A stretch of DNA of 64,000 bases from a virus (IMGVR_UViG_3300033075_001021); one strand, 5' to 3'. Positions 29,908 to 39,400 are shown, numbered from the stretch's first letter. Notes: generated from the sequence alone by a model not told the origin. Numbers and translations: made by a program.

Positions 29908-30058
29908 AAACAATAGCTTCATATGCATCTTCCACCATTGTTTATCATGGCCTTCCGACCATAATATTTTCCTGTGGCGGTGATACGGAGGGACTTCTCA
30001 CATCCCACACATCATAATCACGATGTGTTGAGAACCATATCACACCACAGAAACAGAT

Positions 30059-30133
30059 GCGGACCGTAAGGGACTCGAACCCTCGACCTTCCCCGTGACA
30101 GGGGGATGTTGTAACCAACTCTACTAACAGTCC
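30059..30133 (-). tRNA. tRNA-Asp(GTC)
   Basis: Cloverleaf. Confidence 0.9.
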
Positions 30134-30135
30134 GT

Positions 30136-30628
30136 TCGTAGGGACTTTATTGGCTCCCTACTACCTAGTTGACCATTCAAATCAACACCAGAGGTCTCTG
30201 CTTTTTGGTCTTATGCTACAAGCTGAGTGGCTAACTCAACCTAAGACTCTTTGTAGATGTATCTACAAACGTTATCTCGGAAATAACGTGGGCCATGGAC
30301 AACCCAAAATTTTGATGTAACAGATTCATTACCCTGTTAGATGTAGACAACATCAGCACGGGCAGTATGGTCGCCGTATAACTTGTTTTTTCGGTCCGAG
30401 AGTCTATCCTCGTTGAACCAGACCATATACAAGCCACTGGGCACGTCCGTTTTCGTAACCTATTACTAGGCTTACCTAATCACGGAATATCGTTCTTTCG
30501 TTTCCGAACGCCACTACCTTAGGACCGTTATTTCTTTTTGATTGCAGAAATGAATCTTTATCAATGAACTATCTAATGTCACCTTTATTTAATGGTCTTG
30601 GCGGTGACGTGCCTTAATACCCATTCGC
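30136..30628 (-). ncRNA. candidate ~500-nt structured ncRNA
   Basis: GC-richer, hairpin-rich stretch with no convincing ORF, next to tRNAs. Confidence 0.4.
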
Positions 30629-30636
30629 TTTTTTTA

Positions 30637-31107
30637 TTAGAGTTTATATGAAACACCCAACCCAACATTTGATGATACGTTTCCATCACCAACAATTGAA
30701 CTAATAAATCTTTGTGTTACGTCAAGCTTCCAAACCCTGTAGGTAATTGATGGGCTATAGGTAAATTTGGTTCCAACACTTTCGTTTGCAAACATGGCAC
30801 CAGCTTCTAAACCAGCAGAAAGCTTGTTTGTCAATGAATAACGAGCACCAACCATCACTGGAATTTGAACAAATCTATGTCTGTTCTGTAAATAGGACGC
30901 GGACACACTGTATCCAATTTTGCCAGTTGGTTGACACATTACCATTAATGTTTGACCAAACGCTGGTGTTTTAGTATCCACACTTTCTGATTCAGAAATT
31001 GGCATGAACATTGCAGCGCCAACGTGATAGGTTACAGGTGATTTGGATTGACCAAACGATACCATTGAGATAGCGATTACCGCTAAGGCTAAAAATACTT
31101 TTTTCAT
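30637..31107 (-). CDS. outer-membrane beta-barrel protein
   Basis: Signal peptide; C-terminal VGLGVSYKL. Confidence 0.75.
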   Translation of the reverse strand: MKKVFLALAVIAISMVSFGQSKSPVTYHVGAAMFMPISESESVDTKTPAFGQTLMVMCQPTGKIGYSVSASYLQNRHRFVQIPVMVGARYSLTNKLSAGLEAGAMFANESVGTKFTYSPSITYRVWKLDVTQRFISSIVGDGNVSSNVGLGVSYKL

Positions 31108-31180
31108 ACTTTTTTTTGTTTTTCTTTTTTTGTTTTTAAAATTTAATTGTTATTTGAACCACAAAGATACTAACAAAAAT

Positions 31181-31387
31181 TCAAATGTCCAATTTTTTTT
31201 CGTCTTTTTTTGAAAAATTTTCATTAACTTGTTGATTACCACGCTGATGCCTAGGCTCATAAGGACATCTTAAACAGCCACTGCCGCAGCAATAACCACG
31301 ATTTAGGTGATATTCTTCTGTCATTACCACGTTTCCACCATCATAATAATAATCCAATCCTTCCTCAAATCTTTTTTTATCCTTCAT
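31181..31387 (-). CDS. DUF5522-like protein
   Basis: HLNRGYCCGSGCLRCPY. Confidence 0.75.
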   Translation of the reverse strand: MKDKKRFEEGLDYYYDGGNVVMTEEYHLNRGYCCGSGCLRCPYEPRHQRGNQQVNENFSKKDEKKLDI

Positions 31388-32027
31388 AGGTTTTTCCAGC
31401 TTGTTTTAATTCTTCCGCAAATTGATTTGGTAATCTGGCCCTAAGCCTTTTAAACCAATCGTTGGTCTTTATTTTACAAGAATAAATATTGTCAACACCT
31501 TTTTTGGTTTTGGCAACACCCTTGCAAATAACACCTTCGGATAAATTAAACTCATTGTTTTTAACCCTTTGAACAAATTCTATGTTCAAATTTCCTTCAT
31601 AGACAATTTTAGGAATACCTAAATGTCCAAAATCCCTGACAAATTGTTTTGGTTGAATAAAGCCTTTTTTGTATTGAGAGATATCAAAAAGTACGATATC
31701 AAATTCATCATTTCCAAACTCATGTTGTCCAAATGCTGATTTGGTCCCTAAAAGTTCAGCAAAACATACAAATGATAATGTGTTTCGATATTCCCTCGAC
31801 TTAAAAATTTCCGTTAAACCCTTTTCATATTTTTCTCTAAAGAGTTTTATTGCAAACCCAAATTGTTCATTTGATTCATCAATCATTACATTTCTTGAAC
31901 CAAACTTATAAAACCCTCTTTTGTGTGAATATTCAAACCTTAAGTTTGAACCATCCAATTTATCAAATGCTATAATGGGTAATCCCCAATAATCCCCGTA
32001 ATACGGTATACTCTCATAATGTTTCAT
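31377..32027 (-). CDS. RNA ligase-like nucleotidyltransferase
   Basis: KLDGSN, FAE, LFDI, EGVICK, KIK. Confidence 0.75.
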   Translation of the reverse strand: MKHYESIPYYGDYWGLPIIAFDKLDGSNLRFEYSHKRGFYKFGSRNVMIDESNEQFGFAIKLFREKYEKGLTEIFKSREYRNTLSFVCFAELLGTKSAFGQHEFGNDEFDIVLFDISQYKKGFIQPKQFVRDFGHLGIPKIVYEGNLNIEFVQRVKNNEFNLSEGVICKGVAKTKKGVDNIYSCKIKTNDWFKRLRARLPNQFAEELKQAGKTYEG

Positions 32028-32241
32028 ATAATCGCTTTAATACTTTTTGTTTTAATCTGTTATTAAAATCGGTTAAAAGCGATTCTGGGATTTTGATACC
32101 GTGTTTTTCAAACTCACCCAATATCTCTTGTTTTGTGAAGCAACCTTCAGCAATACCATCGGTCCATTGGTTGAGCCATAAACCCCAACTTTTTTTACCA
32201 ATGATTACACCCCTCGAAATGTTTGGGTGTTGAGATACCAA
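32014..32241 (-). CDS. hypothetical protein
   Basis: ORF in operon. Confidence 0.55.
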   Translation of the reverse strand: MVSQHPNISRGVIIGKKSWGLWLNQWTDGIAEGCFTKQEILGEFEKHGIKIPESLLTDFNNRLKQKVLKRLYETL

Positions 32242-32515
32242 CTTGTTGTTATTGAAAAATCCGTTATCGAATTGTCTGAAAGTGTATTTGCCATCGAACC
32301 CATCTGGGTCATATTCTACGACAACATCAACACCACAGAACGTTAGAATGCCGCTCCGATATGATTTTAAGAAGAACGTAAATATTTCATTGAAGTTATC
32401 AGAATACTTCCGTAACTTCCTGTCTTTTCTTGAACCAATGAGCGACTTGCGTTCTTCTATACGCCCATTGGTGTTAATGCGTCCAGCCTTTTCATGATAG
32501 TTTGTTTTTAATTTT

Positions 32516-32653
32516 GCGGACGTGAGGGGAATCGAACTTAATGACCTTATCGGTCAAACCCTGACTTTAGCGTGACAAGCTAATTGATTTTGTTGCTGAA
32601 TATAATCTTGACAGATTACTTTTTTTAACGTTATACCACTTAACTACACGTCC
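32516..32653 (-). tRNA. tRNA-Asp(GTC) with two insertions
   Basis: Acceptor, D and anticodon arms intact; ~45-nt insert after D arm and ~21-nt hairpin in T stem. Confidence 0.6.
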
Positions 32654-32762
32654 ATAAATCTATTATTATTTTTTGCTACTCTGCCCGTGTCGGAATCGAA
32701 CCGATACAGATGGAGATTCGCACTCCCTTTTCACTAATACCCTACTACCTTTCGGATAGATT

Positions 32763-32835
32763 GTATGATGTGTTGGACTTGAACCAACGTCCCCGCCCTG
32801 CACGGGCAGTATCCTAGTCCCCTAGACGAACATCA
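32763..32835 (-). tRNA. tRNA-Ala(TGC)-like, atypical loop CGTGCAG
   Basis: Cloverleaf, G33. Confidence 0.5.
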
Positions 32836-32928
32836 CTAACTACAACCTCACCATCGGCAAACAGATTGGTCGTAGAAAGGACTTTAGCTTGTATAAGGTT
32901 GCCGCCCTATATTTTGCATTACCTTTTT

Positions 32929-33004
32929 TGGTGGAGCGCTAGGAAATCGAATCCTACCACAGTGCTTGCAAAGCACCATCGCCAGCCTTGGTACATGGCA
33001 CCCC
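32929..33004 (-). tRNA. tRNA-Ala(TGC)
   Basis: Cloverleaf, G3-U70, CCA. Confidence 0.85.
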
Positions 33005-33013
33005 ATAAATTAA

Positions 33014-33087
33014 GTGGACCGTATCGGAGTCGAACCGATGACTCGACAGTGCAAATGTCGTGTGTTAGCCAGCTATACCAACAGCCC
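33014..33087 (-). tRNA. tRNA-Ala(TGC)
   Basis: Cloverleaf, G3-U70. Confidence 0.9.
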
Positions 33088-33162
33088 ATTACCAGATATT
33101 ACCAGATAATATAATAATGTCTTGATTATCAATATTATTTATCTGGAAATATTACCAGAAAA

Positions 33163-33234
33163 GCCGAGACTGGGGGGTTCGAACCCCGACCTTCACCGTG
33201 ACAAGGTGGTATGCAGCCATTACACCACAGCCTC
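33163..33234 (-). tRNA. tRNA-Asp(GTC)
   Basis: Cloverleaf, 4-bp T stem. Confidence 0.8.
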
Positions 33235-33293
33235 GAAAAAAACATGGCCCCTCATGTGACTAGCACGAAGTTTGGTTGTCATCCAGCCATTTA

Positions 33294-33377
33294 GTAGCCC
33301 CCGTGGGAATCGAACCCACTCCGACCTGACGGCCCCGACTTGAAAGGACGGTCACTCACCCAATTGTATTGAGGGCC
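33294..33377 (-). tRNA. tRNA-Glu(TTC) with long variable arm
   Basis: Loop CTTTCAA. Confidence 0.75.
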
Positions 33378-33385
33378 ATTCTGCT

Positions 33386-33473
33386 GTACCGCCGACGGGG
33401 GTCGAACCCGCACGTTCTTTTTCAGAACACCGCCTTGAAAGGGCGGCGACATAACCAATTAGTCGACAGCGGC
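33386..33473 (-). tRNA. tRNA-Glu(TTC) with long variable arm
   Basis: Variable arm GTTCT-GAAAA-AGAAC. Confidence 0.8.
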
Positions 33474-33479
33474 ATTTTT

Positions 33480-33553
33480 GTAGCCTCGCACGGATTCGAA
33501 CCGAAATTTCTGCCGTGAAAGGGCAGCGTCCTGACCAGTTAGACGACGAGGCC
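33480..33553 (-). tRNA. tRNA-Glu(TTC)
   Basis: Cloverleaf. Confidence 0.9.
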
Positions 33554-33555
33554 AT

Positions 33556-33915
33556 TTATTTTCCTTTATAACTACGAGCTTCTGTTAAAAACTTTTCATC
33601 ATCTCTATTGCTATGTTCAATATTATGGCAATTTGAACATATCAACTCGCATTTATCCAATTCTTTAATAATAATATCCCAAGCTCGATTTGCGACATTA
33701 CCAATTGTAAATTCTTTTTCTGCTGGATTCTTATGATGAAACTCCAAAGCAGATGGATGTTTATCATAACCACACCTATTACACTTTCCACCAAGGTATT
33801 CAATAGCTTTTAATTTTGTTCTATAACGTCTAATCTTAGTGTTACATGAATTACATCTAGTTCTATTTTTACCCTGTAATTGTTTAATAGGTTTATCACA
33901 TAATTTACAATTCAT
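33556..33915 (-). CDS. HNH endonuclease (tRNA-associated)
   Basis: CNRCGYDKHPSALEFHH..CSNCH; wedged between tRNA-Phe and tRNA-Glu. Confidence 0.85.
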   Translation of the reverse strand: MNCKLCDKPIKQLQGKNRTRCNSCNTKIRRYRTKLKAIEYLGGKCNRCGYDKHPSALEFHHKNPAEKEFTIGNVANRAWDIIIKELDKCELICSNCHNIEHSNRDDEKFLTEARSYKGK

Positions 33916-33990
33916 GTGGTACGAGTCGGAATCGAACCGACGTTGTCGTGGCTCTTCAGGCCACCGCTAAACCATCTCAGCTACCGCACC
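33916..33990 (-). tRNA. tRNA-Phe(GAA)
   Basis: Cloverleaf. Confidence 0.9.
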
Positions 33991-34055
33991 ATTTTGATAT
34001 GTTGGGGATATTGAAATCATATCCCCTTTTCTCGGCCCACATATCAAGGACACCT

Positions 34056-34129
34056 GTGGTACAGGTCGGGCTCGAACCGACGACCATTGCGCCTTCAACG
34101 CAACACTCTACCATCTGAGTTACTGCACC
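34056..34129 (-). tRNA. tRNA-Phe(GAA)
   Basis: Cloverleaf. Confidence 0.9.
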
Positions 34130-34190
34130 TTGTTTAGGAACTGGTTTTACAACCACGGCTTGTACTTCACCTACATTTCTGAATTCCCAA

Positions 34191-34262
34191 GCGGATGGTA
34201 CGGGAATTGAACCCGTGACCTTGGCGTGACAAGCCAATAGTTTACCACTAGCCTAACCATCC
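34191..34262 (-). tRNA. tRNA-Asp(GTC)
   Basis: Cloverleaf. Confidence 0.85.
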
Positions 34263-34360
34263 ATAACGGGATAATCATTATGTTTTGGACGAAACTTTTT
34301 AAGCTATCACATATCTCGATATCGTCTCTAATATCGACATTTTGATGTGCCACTATCCCA

Positions 34361-34448
34361 GCGGACCCTACGAGATTCGAACTCGCCTGTCAGATAAATC
34401 TGTTCTGGGTTGACAGCCCAGCGGCCACACCAAGCAGCCCCAGAGTCC
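34361..34448 (-). tRNA. tRNA-Asp(GTC) with long variable arm
   Basis: Variable arm CAGA-TTTA-TCTG. Confidence 0.8.
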
Positions 34449-34453
34449 ATAAC

Positions 34454-34483
34454 AAAAAACCCCTCGATTTGTGGTCGAGGGGC
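34454..34483 (-). terminator. attenuator terminator of the FEDA tRNA operon
   Basis: CCCCTCGA-loop-TCGAGGGG followed by T6. Confidence 0.85.
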
Positions 34484-34507
34484 TCAAATTATGTTTTAAG
34501 ATAAACG

Positions 34508-34594
34508 TTAATTTTGGGCAATACTCGACCTCTGTGACCAATCGGCCTCAGCTGCATCAAAGTTAAACTCAAATATGTTGTTAACGTTTCTCAT
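34508..34594 (-). CDS. leader peptide MRNVNNIFEFNFDAAEADWSQRSSIAQN
   Basis: Codons 8-18 FEFNFDAAEAD match the Phe/Glu/Asp/Ala tRNAs downstream. Confidence 0.85.
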   Translation of the reverse strand: MRNVNNIFEFNFDAAEADWSQRSSIAQN

Positions 34595-34627
34595 TGTTTT
34601 TATGTTTGTGGGTTTCCCCGTTAAGTA

Positions 34628-34669
34628 ATAAATATATGCAAATATACGAAAGATTTTCGAAAAAGCAAA
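34628..34669 (-). promoter_or_regulatory. tandem TAnnTTTG promoter plus TATTTAT motif
   Basis: Near-identical to 61528-61569 and 40144-40185. Confidence 0.8.
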
Positions 34670-34692
34670 TATTTTGTAAAGATTTTTTTTTA

Positions 34693-34766
34693 GCACGGGA
34701 AGATGTTAACGAAACACCGTCCTCAAGGCTCAACGCCTTGCGCTCTTCAACTGAGCTATTCCCGTA
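34693..34766 (-). tRNA. tRNA-like RNA (TTG loop with G33, aberrant T loop)
   Basis: Acceptor ACGGGAA/TTCCCGT, canonical D arm. Confidence 0.5.
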
Positions 34767-34769
34767 AAT

Positions 34770-35735
34770 TAAGACTGAGTACTTGGTCTTGGGAGAAGGA
34801 ATTTTTCACACAGATTTCTCTGGTAGTACACACCTACATTTCTGTTGGTATCCTCCATACAGACTGATTATAGGTTCAGCAACCACTACGTACTGCTATA
34901 TAGTTTACTCCTTTCACTCTCAGCCCCTTGGAAGGGTGAACAATCTCCCGACTGCTACTGATTAGCTACTTGTTTCAGCTCTCCACATTTCCTTGAGGTA
35001 CTCTGTGGGCCAACATATTGTCTTTCGACGCAGCTGGATAACTGTATTGTCACAGCACGTGCCCAATGCTTTCTCTTTTTTATAATTTGCATTAACAAAG
35101 TTGCAATGCCAAATAGTCATTTAGAAGGTTGTGATTGGGCTCTGAACCGTGCCACCTTTTGAGTAGTTTAGGTTCAAACAACCTCCTGTTTTCAGCCGCC
35201 AAGCTTACTCACTTTACTGAGTCTATCATCCCACCATTTCTGCCAGAGCAGCACCACCTGTTCACGTGGTAGACACAATCAATGAGTAGAAACCCATCGA
35301 TTGTTGGTTCGTCATATGGGATGACAATAACCTTTCATCAATAACTGCTGAAAATTGGCGGTCCTTAGCAGTTAAAGCAACATCAATTTGTCGGTGTTAC
35401 CACCCAAGTCAGGCCGACCAAGCCCGACCCACCCTACTTTCACGTCTGCCCGACGATACTCCATAAGATGGTATAATGCTGTGTTTCGTGTGAACAGACT
35501 TTCATCTGCGCCAAACATTCTTAGGCGATTGTTTGACTTTTCCGACTTATGAATTCATCGGTTATTCTAACGAGGAGAACACCCCCGAACCAAATTAGTA
35601 ACTGGTCAAGCCAGCTTATTCACACGGACCGTGCGTATTTCAACGCTGAAGGTTTTGGATACCCGTGCTTTTGTGTGGCTGTCTTAAGAGTGCCTCTCAT
35701 ACAACAGATTCGCGAATGGCATTTAACCCACACAT
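34770..35735 (-). ncRNA. candidate ~950-nt structured ncRNA
   Basis: Own TAnnTTTG promoter near 35748, no minus-strand ORF, GC-richer, many hairpins. Confidence 0.55.
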
Positions 35736-35914
35736 TTGTTTGGATTGCAAAGATACGAATAACTTTTTAATCCACCAAATTTTTTAAGAACTTTTTTTGA
35801 GACATCGGAGTCATTTGGCCTAACTCACCATGTTATTGTAATCGCTCGGTGTCTCAATTAGAATGCAAATATACAACAGATTTTTCAATTTTCCAAATTT
35901 TCTGTCAACTTTTT

Positions 35915-36742
35915 TTAATTAAAGTGATTTTCTAGTGATTCAATCAATTTAATCATATTACACTCATAGAATCCAGCAGAATTGATGTTATTTACTTCGA
36001 CAATCTTTAATTCATCGTCAGCTAAACAAACATCTAATACAAATGCTTCGGCTGGTTGATATTTGTCAACCATGCTTTGTGCAAAGTCAACGAAATAAGA
36101 TTCATCATCGTAATTAGCGTAGATAACTCTATTACCAATCTTATATCTACTAGCTGTAACCACATTTCCACCAACAACCCAGCATCTAACTTCTTGTTGA
36201 ATGTTTTTAAGCGGAGAAACCAAAATTTGAGTTTCTTCTGTAATAACATTAACCGTATCGTGGTCGTTACAAGTTTTTGTGTAATCAGCCCAAGCCGCTT
36301 TAGAAAACACTTGACCAGAAAATACTTTGCTATCTTTTGTTGGTCTAGCAAAGAAAAATTCATTATCAAAAGGTATAGCGTCTGTAAAATTGATTACTTG
36401 ACCATCGCCATTTAACATGTTTTCAAACCCATATTGTGGTGCGTAAACATTGTAGTCATGATTGTCATTCAACATACTGCCTGGTTTCCAACCACGTTTA
36501 GCCGCTGCCGCAGCCATGGCCACGGCACCAAAACAAAAAATGTTTGTTTTATCGGTTTGATAAACCTTAGGGTTAAAATCTGGAATCTTATCAGCTTCTT
36601 CAGAATCATACCATTCATAGATATCACCAGCAAATGGAATATACTTTACAATATCGTATTCAAACTTGAAACGATTCATTGTATCTAAAAGCGTCTGATA
36701 ATGATGCTCTTTAAATAAGTTTTCTTGTATTACGTAAAACAT
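35915..36742 (-). CDS. ATP-grasp domain protein (DUF4343-like)
   Basis: FFARP..K.FSG, EVRCWVV, VLDV, IVEVN..SAGFY. Confidence 0.8.
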   Translation of the reverse strand: MFYVIQENLFKEHHYQTLLDTMNRFKFEYDIVKYIPFAGDIYEWYDSEEADKIPDFNPKVYQTDKTNIFCFGAVAMAAAAAKRGWKPGSMLNDNHDYNVYAPQYGFENMLNGDGQVINFTDAIPFDNEFFFARPTKDSKVFSGQVFSKAAWADYTKTCNDHDTVNVITEETQILVSPLKNIQQEVRCWVVGGNVVTASRYKIGNRVIYANYDDESYFVDFAQSMVDKYQPAEAFVLDVCLADDELKIVEVNNINSAGFYECNMIKLIESLENHFN

Positions 36743-36983
36743 TATTTTTTAGCGTTTCGTAGAGATTGATTTTTTTCATGAAAAAAATCCACCCACATTT
36801 TAACAAAAGCTGATGCTTTTTTATTGATATCTTCTTCCGTTCTAGCAGAAAAATAAACATCGATTTCTGGCATATAACATGAGAACATTTCATCACTTTC
36901 TGGGTTATCTGTCATAACCGTAAAGTCAACTGATACTGTTCGTTTTTGATTGTATATTTCGTTTTGTTTCATAAAACTGTTTT

Positions 36984-37073
36984 GTGAGGATGGTCGGACT
37001 CGAACCGACACGCTACTATTATTTCGCCCCAGATTCTAAGTCTGGTGTGTGCTGCCAATTTCACCACATCCCC
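36984..37073 (-). tRNA. tRNA-Leu(TAG)
   Basis: Type II cloverleaf. Confidence 0.9.
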
Positions 37074-37076
37074 ATA

Positions 37077-37508
37077 TTATTTTTTACGCCTAAATGTTGG
37101 TGTTTGTGAATGACAATTCGGGCAAAGAACTCTAAGGTTTTCTAACCTATTATCATTATTATCACCATTAATATGGTCAATTTCTAATGTGATTGGTTTT
37201 CCATTCCAAATCCCATTATTTGAACATTCAGCGCATTCATTTTTTAAAACTCCATCATTAATAAGTCTTATTCTTAAGTAACTGCTATTAAACTTAACTT
37301 TATTATTAATAATATCATCTAGACTAACTTTTGGTTTTCTCAACCCTTTACCAGCCATATTCCCATCATACTCAATACCCATTAATTTTAAATAATTGTT
37401 AAGTGTATCTTGTTTACATTTAAGTTGTTTAATAATGTAAGCTTTAGATTGTTTTTCAACAATCCATTTTAGTATTTCTTCTTTTCTTTCTATTATATCT
37501 TTTCTCAT
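37077..37508 (-). CDS. HNH endonuclease (start MRKDI)
   Basis: LEIDHINGDNNDNRLENLRVLCPNCHSQT. Confidence 0.9.
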   Translation of the reverse strand: MRKDIIERKEEILKWIVEKQSKAYIIKQLKCKQDTLNNYLKLMGIEYDGNMAGKGLRKPKVSLDDIINNKVKFNSSYLRIRLINDGVLKNECAECSNNGIWNGKPITLEIDHINGDNNDNRLENLRVLCPNCHSQTPTFRRKK

Positions 37509-37563
37509 ACTTATAAATATAAGGTAGATACATAAAAAGTAAATAGACATGTATACCAATTTT

Positions 37564-37646
37564 GTGACCCTAGTAGGACTCGAACCTACACGCCTTACGG
37601 CAGCTGCTTCTTAGACAGCTCTGTCTACCAATTCCAGCATAGAGCC
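37564..37646 (-). tRNA. tRNA-Leu(AAG)
   Basis: Loop CTAAGAA. Confidence 0.85.
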
Positions 37647-37745
37647 ATTTGTTGTCTTTCCAACCGTCACGATTTTTTTGCGATTATTTGAGATATTGTT
37701 TATCCCATTATCATCTCTTTTCACACTCCATATCGCTTTGAGTTT

Positions 37746-37830
37746 GTGACCATGACAGGCTTCGAACCTGCACATCCTTAAGGACCTGCGGGTCTAAACC
37801 GCAGCTGTATTCCAGTTCCAGCACATGGCC
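37746..37830 (-). tRNA. tRNA-Leu(TAG)
   Basis: Loop TTTAGAC. Confidence 0.85.
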
Positions 37831-37874
37831 ATTACAAGATGATTTTGAAAGGTTTGAACTTTCTCGTTTCTATT

Positions 37875-38201
37875 TTAGGTAGATTCTTTATCCTGAAATT
37901 TGCTGAAATCATCTTTTGTGGCCGTAAAAGGACTCGAACCTTCACTCCTTTCGGAACCTGATTTTGAGTCAGGCGTGTCTACCAATTCCACCATACGGCC
38001 ATTTATTATTTCAAATATCTTTCGTGGACTAATTTGTATCGCTTTTTGTGATATTTCATCCACTCTTTTTTTTGGTATATCATAATGATTTTTATGAAAC
38101 CAACACTTTTTAATGTTAAGGTCTTTAGCCATCTGATGAAGGTTCTCTATTGAATAAGGAACGCACACCAAATGTCTCATATTATCATAATAATATACCA
38201 T
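37875..38201 (-). CDS. DUF4031-like protein reading into tRNA-Leu(CAA)
   Basis: HLVC..LHQMAKDLNIKKCWFH..HYDI. Confidence 0.55.
   Translation of the reverse strand: MVYYYDNMRHLVCVPYSIENLHQMAKDLNIKKCWFHKNHYDIPKKRVDEISQKAIQISPRKIFEIINGRMVELVDTPDSKSGSERSEGSSPFTATKDDFSKFQDKEST
37918..38000 (-). tRNA. tRNA-Leu(CAA)
   Basis: Cloverleaf. Confidence 0.9.
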
Positions 38202-38202
38202 T

Positions 38203-38286
38203 GTGACCTTGACAGGCTTCGAACCTGCATGTCCTACGGACCAGTGGGTTTAAGCCACCGCTGTATTCCAGTTCCAGCACAAGGCC
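38203..38286 (-). tRNA. tRNA-Leu(TAA)
   Basis: Cloverleaf. Confidence 0.85.
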
Positions 38287-38371
38287 ATTTGAGAGACCCA
38301 AAAACTACACCATCGAAACAGGGACCTGTACCCCATAACATTCTCATTCTTGGTTTTACCTCTCTAGGTTT

Positions 38372-38459
38372 TGTAGGGCGAGAGGGAGTCGAACCCTCAC
38401 GGTCCTTTCGGACCACAGGATTTTAAGTCCTGCGTGTCTACCAGTTCCACCACCGCCCC
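38372..38459 (-). tRNA. tRNA-Leu(TAA)
   Basis: Cloverleaf. Confidence 0.9.
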
Positions 38460-38463
38460 ATTT

Positions 38464-38551
38464 GTAGAGATGGAAGGATTTGCACCCTCACGCTTATTCC
38501 TAAGCACAAGGCTTCTCGGCCTTGCGTGTCTACTAATTTCACCACATCTCA
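38464..38551 (-). tRNA. tRNA-Leu(GAG), C33
   Basis: Loop CCGAGAA. Confidence 0.75.
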
Positions 38552-38553
38552 AC

Positions 38554-38775
38554 TTATTTCCACTTAGTTTTCCTATTATATTTCCAAGTTTGGTATTCTC
38601 TTGCTTTATAATATTGCAACTGTTTATTCGGATTTTTATATCCTCTTCTATATCGTGGATAGAAGCTGATTCCTTCGTCCCAATATATAGGATAAAGAAT
38701 GTTTATCCAAATAATGTGATATTCTATACCACTAGTTGCTTTGCTAAGCTTTGCTCTGTTTCTATTTTTTGACAT
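38554..38775 (-). CDS. small basic hypothetical protein
   Basis: ORF behind promoter near 38821. Confidence 0.6.
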   Translation of the reverse strand: MSKNRNRAKLSKATSGIEYHIIWINILYPIYWDEGISFYPRYRRGYKNPNKQLQYYKAREYQTWKYNRKTKWK

Positions 38776-38842
38776 ATTAGGTTATTTACCTAATACATGT
38801 CAAGTCTTTTTTTCATATTGCAAATATACAGAACTTTTTTTA

Positions 38843-39139
38843 TTAATCCAAATATTTTACAAATTCGCTTTCAATTCTTTCAACGCCACTGCTATCCAAG
38901 GCATCAATATAGCCCAGTGGTGACGTACCAGCAGCAAGCATACAGATATTTTTAAATCCGTTTTCTTTAGTTATCTGGCTATCAGCTTCTGTAATAACAT
39001 CATCCATTTTAGCATATACCGATTCTAATCTTTTGGTTGCTGGATTAACGTTTCCCCACGAAACATGCGGGTCTCCGATTTCTTCAACCATAAATTTTCT
39101 TCCACTTTTTAGGTGGACTGTGTAACGTCTGTTGCTCAT
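38843..39139 (-). CDS. hypothetical protein (start MSNRR)
   Basis: ORF between tRNAs. Confidence 0.65.
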   Translation of the reverse strand: MSNRRYTVHLKSGRKFMVEEIGDPHVSWGNVNPATKRLESVYAKMDDVITEADSQITKENGFKNICMLAAGTSPLGYIDALDSSGVERIESEFVKYLD

Positions 39140-39152
39140 AAAATATTTTTTA

Positions 39153-39225
39153 GTGGCCCCTAACAGAATTGAACTGTTGACCTCTCCCATGTCAAAGGAG
39201 CGCTATCCCACTTAGCTAAAGGGCC
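39153..39225 (-). tRNA. tRNA-Val(GAC)
   Basis: Cloverleaf. Confidence 0.85.
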
Positions 39226-39230
39226 AATTT

Positions 39231-39316
39231 GTGGGTCCACTCGGACTCGAACCGAGATTAACTGCTCGTCTCCACCTTGTAAGGATGGGATGTTTATCCT
39301 GTTACACCATGGACCC
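39231..39316 (-). tRNA. tRNA-Val(TAC) with long variable region
   Basis: Loop CTTACAA. Confidence 0.8.
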
Positions 39317-39320
39317 ATTT

Positions 39321-39396
39321 GTAGGAGTGGACGGAGTCGAACCGCCGACCCTCTGCTTGTAAGGCAGATGCTCTAAACCAGCTGAGCTACACTCCC
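39321..39396 (-). tRNA. tRNA-Val(TAC)
   Basis: Cloverleaf. Confidence 0.9.
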
Positions 39397-39400
39397 ATGT

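Noticed and set aside
37540-37562. AAATTGGTATACATG upstream of the 37077 HNH as a remnant of a disrupted tRNA-Leu
   Set aside because: It is D-loop-like but too short to support a third split-tRNA case.
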